DNA from: Lama glama
Taxonomy: Eukaryota
Assembly: GCA_028534125.1 (NCBI GenBank)
Contig: CM052844.1
Location: 372,001 to 436,000, forward strand
Direction of reading: 5' to 3'
Length of the DNA: 64,000 nt
The translations under genes were made by a program, and so were the position numbers. This document shows positions 50,401-63,500 of the stretch, piece after piece. The notes beneath the pieces were generated by a model, which saw only the letters and a list, made by a program, of their open reading frames with translations, did not search any database and was not told the DNA's origin. Numbering within the stretch: the stretch's first letter is position 1; each line of letters opens with the position of its first letter.

Positions 50401-52105
50401 TCCCTGAAGGAGGACGCGGAGGGTGTCCACACAGAGGCGACGTGCTCACGAGCCAGCATGTCCCCGCCCGCAGCGCTCACCCGTGATGAGGGACCCGCGT
50501 TGCCCGCCCGCGTGGCCAGGTCTGACACCAGCTCTCTGCCCACCCTCCTAGCTCTGCCCCCACCCCCACTGCCGCTGTCCCCCGACGGCACCCCGCTTCC
50601 TTCCCTCAGACAAGTAACACCAGACAACTCTCCATTCAAAGGACAAAATAAGCCAGGACCTCGGGCTGAGGGAGAAGGTCAACACCAGCTGGAAGCAAGG
50701 CCACCAGCTGCCCCCGAGCTCACAGACCTGACGGGGCCAGAGGACACCTGACTAGGAAGCCAAAGCGCGTAGCTAACGTCTACGCCCGGCAGCTGAGTGG
50801 TGCCCAGAGGTGCCCAGCGGTGCCCGGGCCCTGGGACCCTCCACTGCGGAATCACACGAGCTGAAGCCCCTCCCCTCCGCCCTCCGTCAGAAGGACAGGA
50901 GGTACTCAAACATCACAGCCCAGCAGGTCACAGAGCTGGACGCCGGTGGCAGCAGCATGTGTCCCGGTGGCAGTGCGCTATTTATAGAGGACCTTACTCT
51001 GCGGACGTTTCAGAGCCCGCCCTCTTTCCACCTACCCCCCACAAGGGGCAGGTCACCCCTCCAGGACCCAGCGGAAACAGAGCCTGGTCACTGCCACGCA
51101 GCCTGACAGAGAAACTCGGCACACGGGTCAACAGTTTCTGCTCGTCACTAGGGGACACTCGGCTCCTCTAGACGAGGACTAAGGTATTTCAGCAAAGTCT
51201 GCGTGCTGGGCCGACAACACGTAGGCACAGTACCCGGGAGGCTGGCCACAAGCTCTTCTGGACAGACTGAAGTCCCAGTGAAGCACCCACACACGGTGTG
51301 GCCGTCATGGCGCCCGGTTCCTGGGGGCGGGGGCAGAGGTCCTGCTGCAACGGGCAGCAGCTCCAGGCCCGCTGGACCTTCTGCCTCGTGAGACGCCGTG
51401 TGCAGGGTCTCCTGGGGACCTTGCTATGCAGCTGGCGGGTCACCGTGCTGACAGCAGCCCTCCCTCCAGGGCACCGCGAGACGTCCATGCAATGTCCACG
51501 TGCATTCAGCACTGACCCTGAGGGCTCATCTGCAGGGCTGACCACAGGCCTCCGTCCACCAAGCAGCTGCCGCCATCCGCAGTGCGAACGGCCCGGCGTG
51601 TCTGCTCCCCGCGAGGCAGACCCTCAGTCATCGCTGGCAGCGGGGAGGCCTCAGCCTGGGCCCTGGGCCAGGTCGGTGAAACCTTCCATGAGGGAGTTGC
51701 TTGTTCTCTCCCAGAGCGGCTCGAGCGCAGGAAAGAGGGGAGGGCGTGAGGCGGGTGCACAGCCAGACGCAGGGCAGACGTGATCCCGGCCCCCGGGTCC
51801 ACCTGCTTGCTGGTTTAATGACACCTAGACTCTGGAAACCCGAGAGCTCCTGCCGGGGCCTGAAAGGGCTGATTGTGGCGGGGCCGCCGGGCGGGTGACC
51901 ACGGGGCGGTGGGGGGCGGGCGCAGCGGCAGACGAGCCAGCACCTCGGGAGCCATCGGTTCCACTGCAAACCCAGAGGAGGTGCCGCATGCCAGCACAAT
52001 AGGGCCCTCGCGTAAACGCTGGGGCAAACTCCGCGGGCGGCACAGACGCAGAAAACGTCCCAGCAGATGGACATAAACGGGCGTGCGCCCCAACACGTAG
52101 ACTGC

Positions 52106-52163
52106 TGTGTGCGTGAGCGTGTGTGCGTGAGCGTGTGTGCGTGTGCGTGAGCGTGTGTGCGCG
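52106..52163 (+). repeat. 14-bp-unit (GTGTGCGTGAGCGT) tandem repeat, almost purely alternating purine-pyrimidine
   Basis: Read directly; about 3-4 units. Confidence 0.9.
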
Positions 52164-55100
52164 AGAACTGCCCGCGTTTCCACGCAGGACACCCTGGCAC
52201 CAGAGGGACACTGCCGTGCGGTCCACCCCACGGGGGGCAAGTCACAGACGTCACAAAGGAGACGCGGCTCACGTGCAGCTTTTATGACATATTTAATCTG
52301 TGTGTTAAATAAGCGGCCATAAAGCTAATTTCAAAACAAAAAACCACACCCTGTGGTACTGCCAGGATCGAGAAGTCGAAATTGAGAGCTTACGTTTTAT
52401 GAGTATTGTCGAACCAAAGAATAAATTATAATCGAACTTATTTACGGGCCAAACGTTTTTGGAACAAAATCTGAGGGTGGAAACAACCAGAACACAGAGG
52501 CGCCCCCAGACCGCCGGCACTCACCCGGAGGCACGTCTTCCTGCGCTTCAGTGGCTCGAGTAGAGGCGCTCTGGGACGTGCATTAACCCTGTCGCGTTCC
52601 GCTGCGTCCCCAGCAGACGGGCAGGTCACACGTGCTGTGCCGCTTAAGGCGTAAACTGTGGGGACTCGAGTGACTCGAGGGGGGACCGTGCTCGGGGCCC
52701 CAGCCCCCCGGGCTCTCTGGGACCTGATGAAATGTCCTGCAAGTGCCTTTTTCATTCTACACTCCTGGGAAAAAGCCAAATAAAAGGCCAGCACGCACGT
52801 GAAAGAAACGCACTGTAGCTCCTCGCAGGCGTGGTTCCGTCGGCGTCACGGACAAGCCTGAGGACCTCTACGTCGCCCGACCTCAGAGCGGCCGTTCCCA
52901 CGCAGCCAGCAAGTGAAACCCAGAGATGGAATACAGGCTGGGATGCCTCCAGCCTCGGCCCCCACTGGCCCGCGGAGCACCTCCGACAGCGGCGCGGCGG
53001 GGAGGCCAGGCCAGCTGGGACGCCACCTAACTTGTCACCTGGGGTTGGGGACGTGCAGTCGCTCTGCGGTTGAGTCACTGTAAATCGCAGGGCACGGCCA
53101 GGTCCCCCCCGCCCCAGGGGACGGCACCTTCGTGCCGCAGATGCACGGGGGCAAATCCCAGGAGAGGGCAGGCCAGACCTGCCAGCACCCCCAGGAACCA
53201 GCGGCCCTGTCCTGCTGAGACGAGGGCTAGTGCGTGCAGGGCACTCGTGGGGGGCGGCGTCACCCGCGCCCACACCGCCCCATCCCCCCCGGTTTCCTGG
53301 GCCGTTTCGTCAGCCCCCAGCCTCTCACCTCTCCCTGGGTGTAAATGACAAAGACGAGGCGTTTGCTTTCACATCAAGGCCACGTGAGATCGAGCACCTA
53401 GGTTCCAGCGCAGCTTTCTGTCCCTGTGTCCACCTTCTTTTCCACGCACCCTCCTTGGGTGGCTGCCGACTCGTCACCCAGACACACAGGGAGAGACGCG
53501 CGTGCCTTGGAGCCAGTTTCCACGACTACCCCTGCCGCCCCCGCTGCAGACACTTTGCAGGGGCCTGCTTCCTAAACCAGCCACACGGCCTCGAACCGGC
53601 CAGGGATTCTGAAGTGCCTCCCACTCTCTTAAGAGAGACGGTGACATTAAACAACATTTATACTAAAACGGAACTCCTGAAGTTCACGCTCATTAAACAC
53701 AAGCAGGGTGGGGCAAGGGGAGACGAAATATAACTGGGTGGAGAGACGGAGCGAGAAGTTAACTCCACGAGGGGAACGCAATCTCTGCTCTGAAGAGACC
53801 CGTTTGAGTCTGCGGCCAGCAAGGGCCCGGGAGATGCGGGCAGATCGCGTCCCTCCTCGAGCGCTGCCCTCCTGCCCAGGCTCGGGGCTGGGGAGCCGTC
53901 CTCCACCCAAAATGAGCAGCAGCTTCAACTGTTCCCCTTTGACTAACTAATTTCCAAAAACCTCAACCACACAGAACACTGAATGGACGGGCTGGGATCA
54001 CTGCAGTCAACTCAAGACAGCCGAGCTTCACCAAAACCCCGCCAGGTTCTCACCAGCCACCCCCGTCAAGGGGGCCAGCGGAGAACCCGCCCCCACACTC
54101 GCTCAGAGTTCACGCTGGGGAGGCTGGGGGTCCCGTGGAAACATGTGGATTCACAGAAGCACGTTCACTGCGGTCCAGGGAGCCTCTGGCACGGGCGCCT
54201 TAACCATGGTCCCAGCCCTGACCGAAACTACGAACGCCGCTTTGCTCTCAGAGGCCAGCACGTGGCAGCTGGCCTGGGACTGTGGACGCTCAGGAAACGG
54301 CCTGGAGCTCCAGCCTGAAACAGAGGCCGAGAGAACCACCTGCTGGAGCCACACTGGACTGGGTCTCAGAACCTCTGCCAGGGGCCCCAGGACCAAGGAA
54401 ACGGTGGACCAAGACTGCCAGCAGGTGGGGTGCGTGGGAGGCGAGGCCGGGAGGCCGGGGGCCGCCGAGCCCACACGGGCTCCTGATTCTCCGGCAGCGA
54501 GGGTCCGGGGAGTTTGGGACAGGAAGTCACAGGGTCAGGCCAGTGTTCTGAGAGAGCCGCGATCACAAGGAGAGCGAAGCAGAATACTGGGGGTTGGATT
54601 TAGGAACAGGAGACCTACCACAAAGTGACCTCATGACGTAGGTGAGAGATGTGGGGCCCTAAAGTGGACAGCCGGGTGCTCCACAGATGTTTGGGGCAGG
54701 GCCGGCAGGCCCTGGGGTCGGGGGAGTTTGGGAAGGGAAGCACAGGGGCCGGAGGGGCTGGAGTGCCCGTCAGGGCCAGGAGAGGTCAGCACCAGGTGGA
54801 CGGGACAGGGGGCAGTCTCACCAGCACCAGGGGCTGCACCTGTGCGCTCAGCACCGTGCGGCCACGGCGGCCCTCCTGGGCCAACGGGCCTCCGGCTGGG
54901 CCGTCCTACTCAGCCTTGACCTCTCAGCCAAGTCCAGAGGGGCCTGGAGAACTGCCTGGGCCGTGGACCGAGCATCCTCACACCTCACACCTCACACCCG
55001 ACACATTGTCGAGGGAGCAGAACGGGCATTCACTGAGCTCACCGGACGTGGGCCATTCCCCAGTCGCTCCCTGCCCACCCTCCCACCTAAAAAGGCTGCA

Positions 55101-56867
55101 TCTGACCATGAGAGGGGCCTGGGCAGCTGGACGGGGGCCAGAGGGCACTGCCCAGTCCTCTGCCTGCACCCGAAAGCTGTGGGGCTGTCCGGACCTCAGG
55201 GGGCAACGCTCCTCTCTGTCCACCCTGCCTCGGCAGGACCACGCCGGAACTTTCTCAGACAGAAGCCCGGACCCAGCAGCCTGCCTCACCAGGCACCAGG
55301 GCTGAACGCAAGGCACCAAGGGTCAGCAGAACGCGTGGTCCCCTTTTGTCCGGACTGCCACCCTGCTCCTGCAGAGATCGCGGGTCTGGCTGGGTGACCA
55401 GGGTCCTGCAGGCACATCCGGGTGAATCGGGCACCTCCTGGGCGGGACTGACTTCCCACAGCTGCTGAGGGCAGTTCTGGGCCCAGAGCGCGGTTCTCCA
55501 GGGATCAGCCACTGAGTCCCGGTGGCGCCCCCAGTGGTCTCACCTACAGACCACGAGCACGTCCTACTGGGAGAACGCCTGGCTTAAGGGTGTTTGAAAG
55601 CTCGTAGCCTTGAGTCAGGAACGAGCCGGGGAGGCATTTGTGGGGCCTCGTTTCCACCTAAGTGGACGGGACAACTCAGTGGAGGGGGGCCAGCACCGGC
55701 GTCCTGAGGTGGCGCTGCACTTCACCCCTGAGGAGGCTCACGTGCCCCCGGGCCGGCCTACACGTGCGCCTCAGCACCAGGTGGGGCCCGCCACCTGCTT
55801 CCGGAACGGCAGCTCCGGGAGAGACTCTCCCCAGGGTCCTGGGAGCACAGGGCCCAACGGGAGGCTTGCGGGACACGAACGTGGGGAAACGTGGCATCTC
55901 CTGAGACGGCTGCAGTGGGAGGGAAACGCCCACAACGTCTGGCTGGTTTTTTTAGGGGAAATGGCTGAAGGGGGCTGAGAGGCCTTGACCGTGGAGGTTG
56001 GGAGGCCGAGGCGGCGTTGGGGGAGGCCAGGAGCCGTGTTCAGCGTTGGTCGGCACCCTGGTCTGGGAAACAGCCGACACCTGGGCAAGGGGGCTGTGCC
56101 GCTGACGGGAGGCCAGGCGCTCATACGATCCACACAGGGCCCACGAAAGCACCGAATCGAGTCCTAGCAAGCAGGTCACGGGCCCTCGGCACCTTGTCCC
56201 TGGGAGAGAGACCCCATCCCTCACCGAGGTGCCTCCTGTCACCGCTGCAGGAGGACCTCGGCTCTCAGGTCCTCTACATGAGCTGGCCTGACTCGGGAGT
56301 TTGCAGGGCACCTCTTTCCAAGTCACCCTCCACATCTCTGCACGGAGGGGGCCCGGTGTGTCCCGGGGCGAGGTTGCCTGTGCTGGGATGAGCCCCAGGC
56401 CAGGGAGCGCCTGCTCTTTACTATCCGTTCTCTGAGCTTCTGACAAGCCTGCGCGTGCTTAAGCGTGTCCGCGGAGCTGCGCAGGGTGAAATTCCACTCA
56501 CTCGCAGCTCAGCCTCTGCGTAAAAACCGTTCACTCAACTGCAGCGGCTCCTCGGACGGCGAGAAACGACAAGCCGGGCCTGACGCCGGGCTCTGGGCCG
56601 CCTCTCCTAGCAGGACGGCTCAGCCCGCACGGTGCACGCGCCCCCGAGCTGTTGGCCGGCATCACCCCAGGGACAGGACCCCTGAGGGTCTAAGGCCACA
56701 GGTGCCGGGACCCGCGTCCGAGCTCTCTGGTCAGAGCTGCGTGTCCCCCGTGGGCTGGCAGCCGCACAGCCAACCACGCAGGTGCCACCAACAGCGCTTC
56801 CCGCTTGACGGGCGGCCGGCCGCTGGCGCACACGCCCTTCTGCCGCACCGTCGCCTCGGGCACTTAC

Positions 56868-57557
56868 CGTCATCCAGGTCCAGCTGGTCCAGCTCTTGAG
56901 GCTCGCGCTTGACCGTTACGGGAATGGGGGCCAGACTATGGTTACTGTCCTCACGCACCTCGGGCGGCAGCAGAGGCCGGGCGGCGGCAGGCTCGCTCCT
57001 TGGGACCTTCGGCGGGGGGTGCTGCTGGTGGCCCATCGCAGACGGGCGGGTGGGGCTGCAGGGCTGCAAACAGGCCGGCTCTTGGGCACCGGGCGGCGGT
57101 GGCGAGGAGGGGCTGTTGGGACAGAGAGCTGGCCGGTGGCCCGGGAAGCAGCAGCTGCTCAGCTGTGGACTCACCTGTGGCTGCAGCAGGGTGGGCGGCG
57201 GCAGCTGGGGGGAGCCGGGGTGCACGCCCGTGGGCCTCGGTGCCTCCTGGCCGGTGAGCACCCCTCCGGCTGGCCGCTGAAGTCCGAGGTGGCCGTGGCC
57301 CAGGCTGGCCACGCCCTGGCTGTAGGGGGCAGCAGAGAGGTCGTGGAGCTTCGGGCTGGAGCTGGGCGGCGGGGACATCCCGGTGCTTCTCTGCGGACAG
57401 GGCGGGAAGCCGGCCCCGAGGCAGGAGGCCGGGTCGGGCGGCGTGGCCAGCGGCTGGCCGTAGCAAGGCTTCGGGAGGGGGCTCGGGCCCTGGCGCGTTG
57501 GTCCACAGGTGAGAGCAGGCTCGTAGTCGTCACTGGGCTCTGTTTTTATGACTGGAA
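56868..57557 (-). CDS. NFATC1: NFATC1 penultimate coding exon, long (C-isoform) form, 690 nt; C-terminal transactivation region
   Basis: Translation (V)PVIKTEPSDDYEPALTCGP...SPKLHDLS...LAPIPVTVKREPQELDQLDLDD matches the recalled NFATC1 C-terminus. The acceptor is a pyrimidine tract plus TCGCAG|TT at 57558/57557. The donor is G|GTAAGTG at 56868/56867. Phase is 1 at both ends and joins in frame to the terminal exon. Confidence 0.97.
57175..57557 (-). CDS. NFATC1: NFATC1 penultimate exon, short (B-isoform) form using an internal 5' splice site
   Basis: CAG|GTGAGT donor after ...PPPTLLQPQ (plus-strand actcac at 57169-57174). The 383-nt exon ends in phase 0, so the terminal exon, which starts TAA, gives an immediate stop. 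This matches the recalled NFATC1/B ending LLPQQ*. Confidence 0.85.
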
Positions 57558-60500
57558 CTGCGAGGGGGGAGAGAAGGCAGAGAACGTGAGCTGCAGGGGG
57601 TTGGGTGGGCGGCTTGCGGCGGCGACCTCCGAAAACAAACAGCGTTTTGACTGCGTCCCTGTGCGGCTCCTGCCCGGGCCTCCCACCCAACTAAAGAGGG
57701 CGTGAGTCATCGGCCCCGAGAGCAGCAGCTGGTTCTGATTCTGAGAGAACTGCTTCGCTTGGCCTCTCCCCCAGCACTGACGTGCTGTGAAAATCCATTT
57801 GCAAACTGCAGGGGAAGCCTTGGACCCAAGGGCCCACGGATTTGTAGTCATCAAAGCGAAAATCTTGACTTGGATGTACTACTCATTTCTGCTGCTACCG
57901 ACGCCCTAGCTGATAAACGTCCACGTGTCTGGGAAACCGGAGCACACAGGAGGACGGCGCTGAGAAGTCCCACAAACCCAGCAGAAGGACGAGTGGGCAC
58001 CTGCCCCAGCGCAGAGCCCTTCAGCCGCCGGACGAGGGTGGGGGAGCCCTTTGACGCGAGCAAAGTGCTGTCCGTCCCTCCTTCCCGCTGCTTTGCTCCT
58101 GCGGGGAGACAACGGAGGACCGGGGATCACGCAGCTCCCAGGGCGGAGTCAGAGGCTCCACACAACCTCCAGGGTGCTCTCCGGTCCACCCAGAGCTGGC
58201 AAGGGGACGAAGGGGGACCGGAGGGGAAGAAAACGGGCGGGTGTGCCTGTGGGGTCTCCTCGGGCGCTCGGGCTCCGTCCCGACCCACAGCCCCGGTCCT
58301 GCCCGCGCTTACTCCCCGTGGCCCCGTTTTCTCACTGTCTTTATCCCTGTTTACATGAGACCCCTTGATGGTCAAACTACTCCGAGAGCGACTAGTGAGA
58401 GCCCACTTCAGTTCACACCGGCCGCCCCGGCCACTGAAGGCGAACGCGGGTGGCTGAGCTGTCAGCAGACCCTCATCACGTTTTCACCTCTCCGCGCGCA
58501 CAGGTGGGTTCCTGGCGGCGGGGGGGCCACGCGGAGGCAAGGCCCCTCAACCCCAGGCTGCGGGCCTACGTGTGGCCCCTGCCTCCTCCTTGAATAAATG
58601 AAGACCCTCCCCCAAACATAGCTGTGCCTCACGAAGGCCCTGAGCTGGCAAGTTTGCACATCTGTTTGCTGTTACGGCCACAGTGCCTGCGGCTTCCCCG
58701 GCAGCCGGATGTCGCAGACCAGCTCTTCCGCAGAGTGTCTGCAGGGCGCCTGGGCAGTGCGGCGGCCGTGTGGCTGGGACCCCGCTGATGCCCCAGACCA
58801 GCTGAGGCAAGAGCATGGCACTCTGCTCGGGGGCCTCCAAGTCCTAGGCTTTGGGCACGCGGGATTCCTGGTGGGGGTCACTGTCTTCGGTCTCGCCTTT
58901 TCCGCCTGCCGACACCCACCCCCACCCCTTCCTCAATCACCGCCTGTCTTTGATGCATCCCCCTTCACACAGAGCAGGGAGATGCCCAGTTGCAGGGCGA
59001 CTGGATCCCCAGGCGGAGCCGACAGCTGGAAGGAGACACAAGGAGGGGACGCCGTCTGTCACTCCCTGATGTGCCCTCTCGTCTGGCCGAGAGCTGGGAG
59101 GTCTCAGCCCTGCCGGAAACCCTGCTTCCAAGGCCCGGGCCCCACACCCCCAGCACCCCCGGGCCAGACAAGCCCAGCAAAGCTGACGTGGGACGTGGGG
59201 TGGGGGCAGGCGGGCAAGCCTGCAGAGACCACAGGACGTCTTCACCCTGGGTGCCCCGTGGGGGCCGCTGGGTGGGTTTCCATCAGCCAGGCCACCTCCA
59301 CACTGAGGGCTGATGCCCACACACACTCACGGCCCTTCACGGAACAGGCATCTCTTTTCTGAGAGCACCACAGGCTGGGCTCTGCACGGGGGGCTGGAGT
59401 CCTGGGGCCGCACTCAGCCGAAGGCCGCCGCTGGCTGCTGCAGGACATGAGAAGCCAGCTGCCCTCTGTGCGGCGTCTGATTCGCGTGCTGATCACACAC
59501 CAGTGGAGTACCCACAGGTGCCCGGCAGCAGCTGAGTCTCGGGCTGAGCCATGTCCTTCCTCAGCGAGGGGGCGCAGGCTCCCCACCTGGACGTGCCACG
59601 CTGTGGGGACCCCAGGCCCCAGGGAGCATGGCACCAGGGGCTGTTCAGAGTCCAGGTGGGGCCCCAGATTGGGCACGTCTGAGTGTGTGCGGGGGCTCTC
59701 CCGTGCCCCGCCCCCCAGCCAGCTCCGTGTGCAGCCTCACGCAGCTTCACACCCACCGGCGGGCAGGGGAGAGTGGGCCGGCACCCACGACGGGGACGCA
59801 CCCTGCTCACTTCCCACTGCAAAGCCTGGACAGCTTCAATGCCGTGGCTGTGGGAGGGACGGCGTCTCCCAGAAGCAGTGCTGCCGGCTGGCACCGACGG
59901 CCTCAGCCTCAGGACACAGTTCCTTGAGACGGCGCCACGGGGCTGGCGAGCAGGTTCCCACCAGAATCCTCCAGAGATGGCGAGTGGACGCTAGCAGCCC
60001 CGAGAGGCCCCAGCCCTGAGAGGCAGGGCTGTCACTAAAAGCAGCCCCGACAAACCAACACGATGCGGGGGAACCAAGTCTCTCCCACTCGGAAGACGCT
60101 CGCGTGGAACGTGGCACCCCGGCAGAGTTCAGATTCTGAATCAGCGTGCGGACACTCTGACTTCTTAAACACGTGTGTCTGGCCGATTAAATTAAAACCC
60201 CCCTGGGATGCTCGCTCCGCTGCCCTGGATTTGCAGCCAGGCATGAGGGCCAACTCGCTTCTTTCGTAAAGTGTCCCCTGAGCTCTTTTAAAACTCTTAC
60301 CCTGTCTGCTCTGCCGACTGTCGAGAAGCAGCCGCAAACACAGCTGCCGGGAAGCGCCCCAGGCGTGAGTTACCTGCCTCGCGGGGCAGGCGGAGTGAAC
60401 GCCCAGCCAGGACCAGCGATCCCAGGAGGCCGGCAGGGGCAGGAGCGCGCGGTGTCTGCTGCGCTGGATGCTTCCGCGCCTGTCCTTCACGACCTGTTGA

Positions 60501-63500
60501 AAGCCGCGGCGGCACCAGGGTGACTCCCACGTCACTCTGGGAGAGTGTCAGCAAAATGTTCCTGTGGGGCCTCTGTGTGGGCAGGAGCCTGTCCAGCGCA
60601 CGACAGGGCAGTTCACGAAACACATCACCTTCTGATGGCGTCGGGACCCACTGAGTTCTTGCCATCGTGGGGTGGAGAGTGGACGCAGGCTGAAGCCCCA
60701 GGCTGGACCCCAGCCCGCCCAGCCCCAGGGGCCGCCACGGCACACGACTCCAAGCTGGGCCCCTCCGCTCAGACGTCCTTCCCTGTGTCTGCGGCCCCTG
60801 CCCCTCGACACCCACAAGGTGGCCGGATCCTTGCCCTCTGATGGCCCTCAGCCCTCTCTGTACAGCAGCCCGTGGACAGTGCTGCCTCCTGAGCTGGGGG
60901 AGAGGCAGAAGGGTCCTGCGTGAGGGGACCCTTGCCCACGGCTGAGAGCAGCGCCCTCCTGGCCCGAGACTCCTGTGACAGGGCGTCTGTCCACCGTTCA
61001 CTGCGCTGGTCTGGGTGGGAGGTGTGGGGGCGGGCACTGCAGACCAGGTCACCCCAGTGGTGAGCAGTAGTCTCAGTCCGTCAGAGAAAGCGAAAGTGTG
61101 GGAGGTCAATGTGATCTCAAGGCCGACTGCTGGCCACAGAACACATCTTGTGGAAACGTAGGCTGCCGGCCGGGCCTCACTCAGGGCGTGACTGTCATCG
61201 TGGAGGTGGCACCCCAAGCCCCAAAGCTGCGTATCCTCTGTTGATGGCACCGGAGCTCCTCGTTGAAGGTGCCTGGGCGTTTCTGCCAGGAGTGGGGACA
61301 CCAGGGGACTTGAGCCCCGACGAGATCTTCCTGCGCTGAGACTCGAGTCCCCAGGAGCCAGGCAGTGGCCCTGCCCCCTCCCGGCCAGGGTGGAGGATGG
61401 TCCTGGAGACAGTGGGGACAAGTGCGCCCTTCCACGGGGCAGACCCAGCCCCACATGGCTCCAATCCTGAATCGATCGTAACCCTTCCGTGGACGCCTAC
61501 CGGCCACCCAGTGAGATCAGGGAGGCTCAGGGCAGTTCCGGCCGCCTTTCCGAATTCCCCTGCCCAGATCCCCATCAGCCTCTCCTCGGGGTGGACAGGC
61601 TCCAGTCCTCACGGTCACAGGTGTGGCGGCGCTGTGGACTCACTCACAAGGTCAAGAAGCCAGTGTGAGCCCCATCCTGTCTGGCTCTGGGCGCTGAGTG
61701 GACAGGTGGCCCCCAGGCATGGCTACCCCATCCCACCCCAGCCACACACCCCGGGAAACCACTCTGAACTTGTCCTCGGAGACTGAGTCAGTGCCAAGCA
61801 AGCCTCAGTCCCCGACGTCCGGGATCCGGGCGAATCGGTCATTTCCACCCTGTCTTTCGCCCAGGGATTCGGTGGATTTGGTAAATGACCACCCCTGGCT
61901 GATTCAGCAGATGATCGGGCAGGGGCAGCCAGAGGCCCCCAGCTGACGGCCACTCCGCAGAACTGAAGTCTGTGGTCCCACCGTGGCTGTCCCCTAGGAC
62001 TCCCCTCAGATAGACAAGCCAGTGGGCAGGGCCAGCTGCCCCGGGGGGGCGAGGGCATGTGACATGTCTCCACGAGGGAGCGGGGCTCAGACCCCAGGCC
62101 TGCGGGCTGTTACAGACACTGACGTTTCCTTTCCTTCGCTGCCAAACGCTCAGGGCACGCGCCCATGGCCCCCAGCAGCCGGGGGTGGGGGCAGTGGATG
62201 GACGCCGTCTTGGGCTCCCTCACACCTGGGCACCTGGGGCTCGTGCCCAGAACGGGACCCACACGTGAGGAAGGATAAGCTGGGTGTTCCCCGTGCCCTG
62301 AGCCAGCCCATCCCCTCACTGAAGGGCAGGGCCCAGCAGTCCAGGAACAGGACACCATCTGGCCAGTCCTCTGACCCCAAGAGGCCAAGGTCCCAAGGTG
62401 AACGGGGGCAGCTCTCTGGACAGCTGTGAGGGACGCACTCGGACCAGCCCCACTGAGTGTCAGCACCTCGTGAAGCCAAGTGATTTCTTTTATCCAGAAA
62501 CCAGGACTCACTTTACGTGACGCGGACACAGCAGGCTGCTCTGTGAGTCCCTGGACGTGGAAGTTTCACAAACACTCGAAGCTGCAGCACCTAGCACGGC
62601 ATCCAGACGCAGACGGAAGAAGGCAGAAGGGACGCAGAAAAGCAGGCCAACCCAAAGCTGCGGCCCGAGAGCAGCTGTAAGTGCCCTGCTCACATGGTCG
62701 GGCGGGGCCACACCCAAGAGGGGACGAGCCACACTCAAGGGATACGGGGGGCGGTGGTGGGGAGCTATGGGCCATCAGCCACGGCCCTCTGGTCATCTCT
62801 GGCCCATCACCCAGTGTGGCCTCTGTCCACGGCCAGAGCCGAGAGGGGACTGTGGGGTGGGGGGTGGATCAGTGGACAAGCCGACTCACTGGCCCACACA
62901 CCACGCGGCAGGGTGGGATTCTTTCTCCGGGAGCGAGCTCCAGTCCTTCCACAGCATAACCAGCACCTGCGCCCAAGTCTTAGGGCGCCAGGAGGGCAAG
63001 CCTGTGGGCTCACGGTGGTGGGAACGCCCCGACTTTAACCACACCCTGCCCGGGACCTCAGCTCCATGGTGGCAGTAACACTGCCAACTAACCCCAACGA
63101 GGTGGTGAGGCCCTGACCCCAAGGGCGGGGACCCACAGGCTTTGCGGAAGCAGAACGTGGACACCAGGAGACAGCGACCGAGGGCTCACGGAGGTTAGTG
63201 GGGTGCCAGGTCAGACGCGGACGGCGGGGACGTTGACTGACAGGGTAGCCTCCCCGAATGTGGCAGCAGCCCGCGGCTACAGGTGTGCACTGCCTTGCTC
63301 TCCAGGTGCCCCACGTGGGGATCTGTCACCCCACCAGGCCGACAGCTGACTCTGGTCAACAGACCACACAAGCCAATGAACACATCAGGCGCATCTCACC
63401 CAGTGTCACCAGAACTGCACTTGAAGGGGACCCGATTCGCCCTCCCGGTGGTTTGTGTTCAAGCAGCAGCAGGTCGAGGGCGGTGACCCCGTGGGAGCTC

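Larger units (their letters stand above)
31203..56867 (-). other. NFATC1: NFATC1 last intron (25,665 nt, GT-AG)
   Basis: Bounded by the GTAAGT donor at 56867 and the CAG acceptor at 31203. Confidence 0.93.

Noticed and set aside
54540-54700. Possible L2 fragment
   Set aside because: The similarity (ggtgagagatg) is too short to support without an alignment.
56731-57690. The 319-aa ORF as a complete single-exon protein
   Set aside because: Only 57557-56868 is NFATC1 exon. The flanks are intronic read-through past clear splice sites.
56896-57705. 269-aa antisense ORF over the NFATC1 exon
   Set aside because: It is the shadow of a GC-rich coding exon, starts at a non-ATG codon and has no recognisable homology.
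60297-61454. 385-aa minus-strand ORF in the upstream intron
   Set aside because: Its Pro/Gly/Arg/Ala-rich composition is expected from stop-poor GC-rich DNA, and I recognise no NFAT or other domain.
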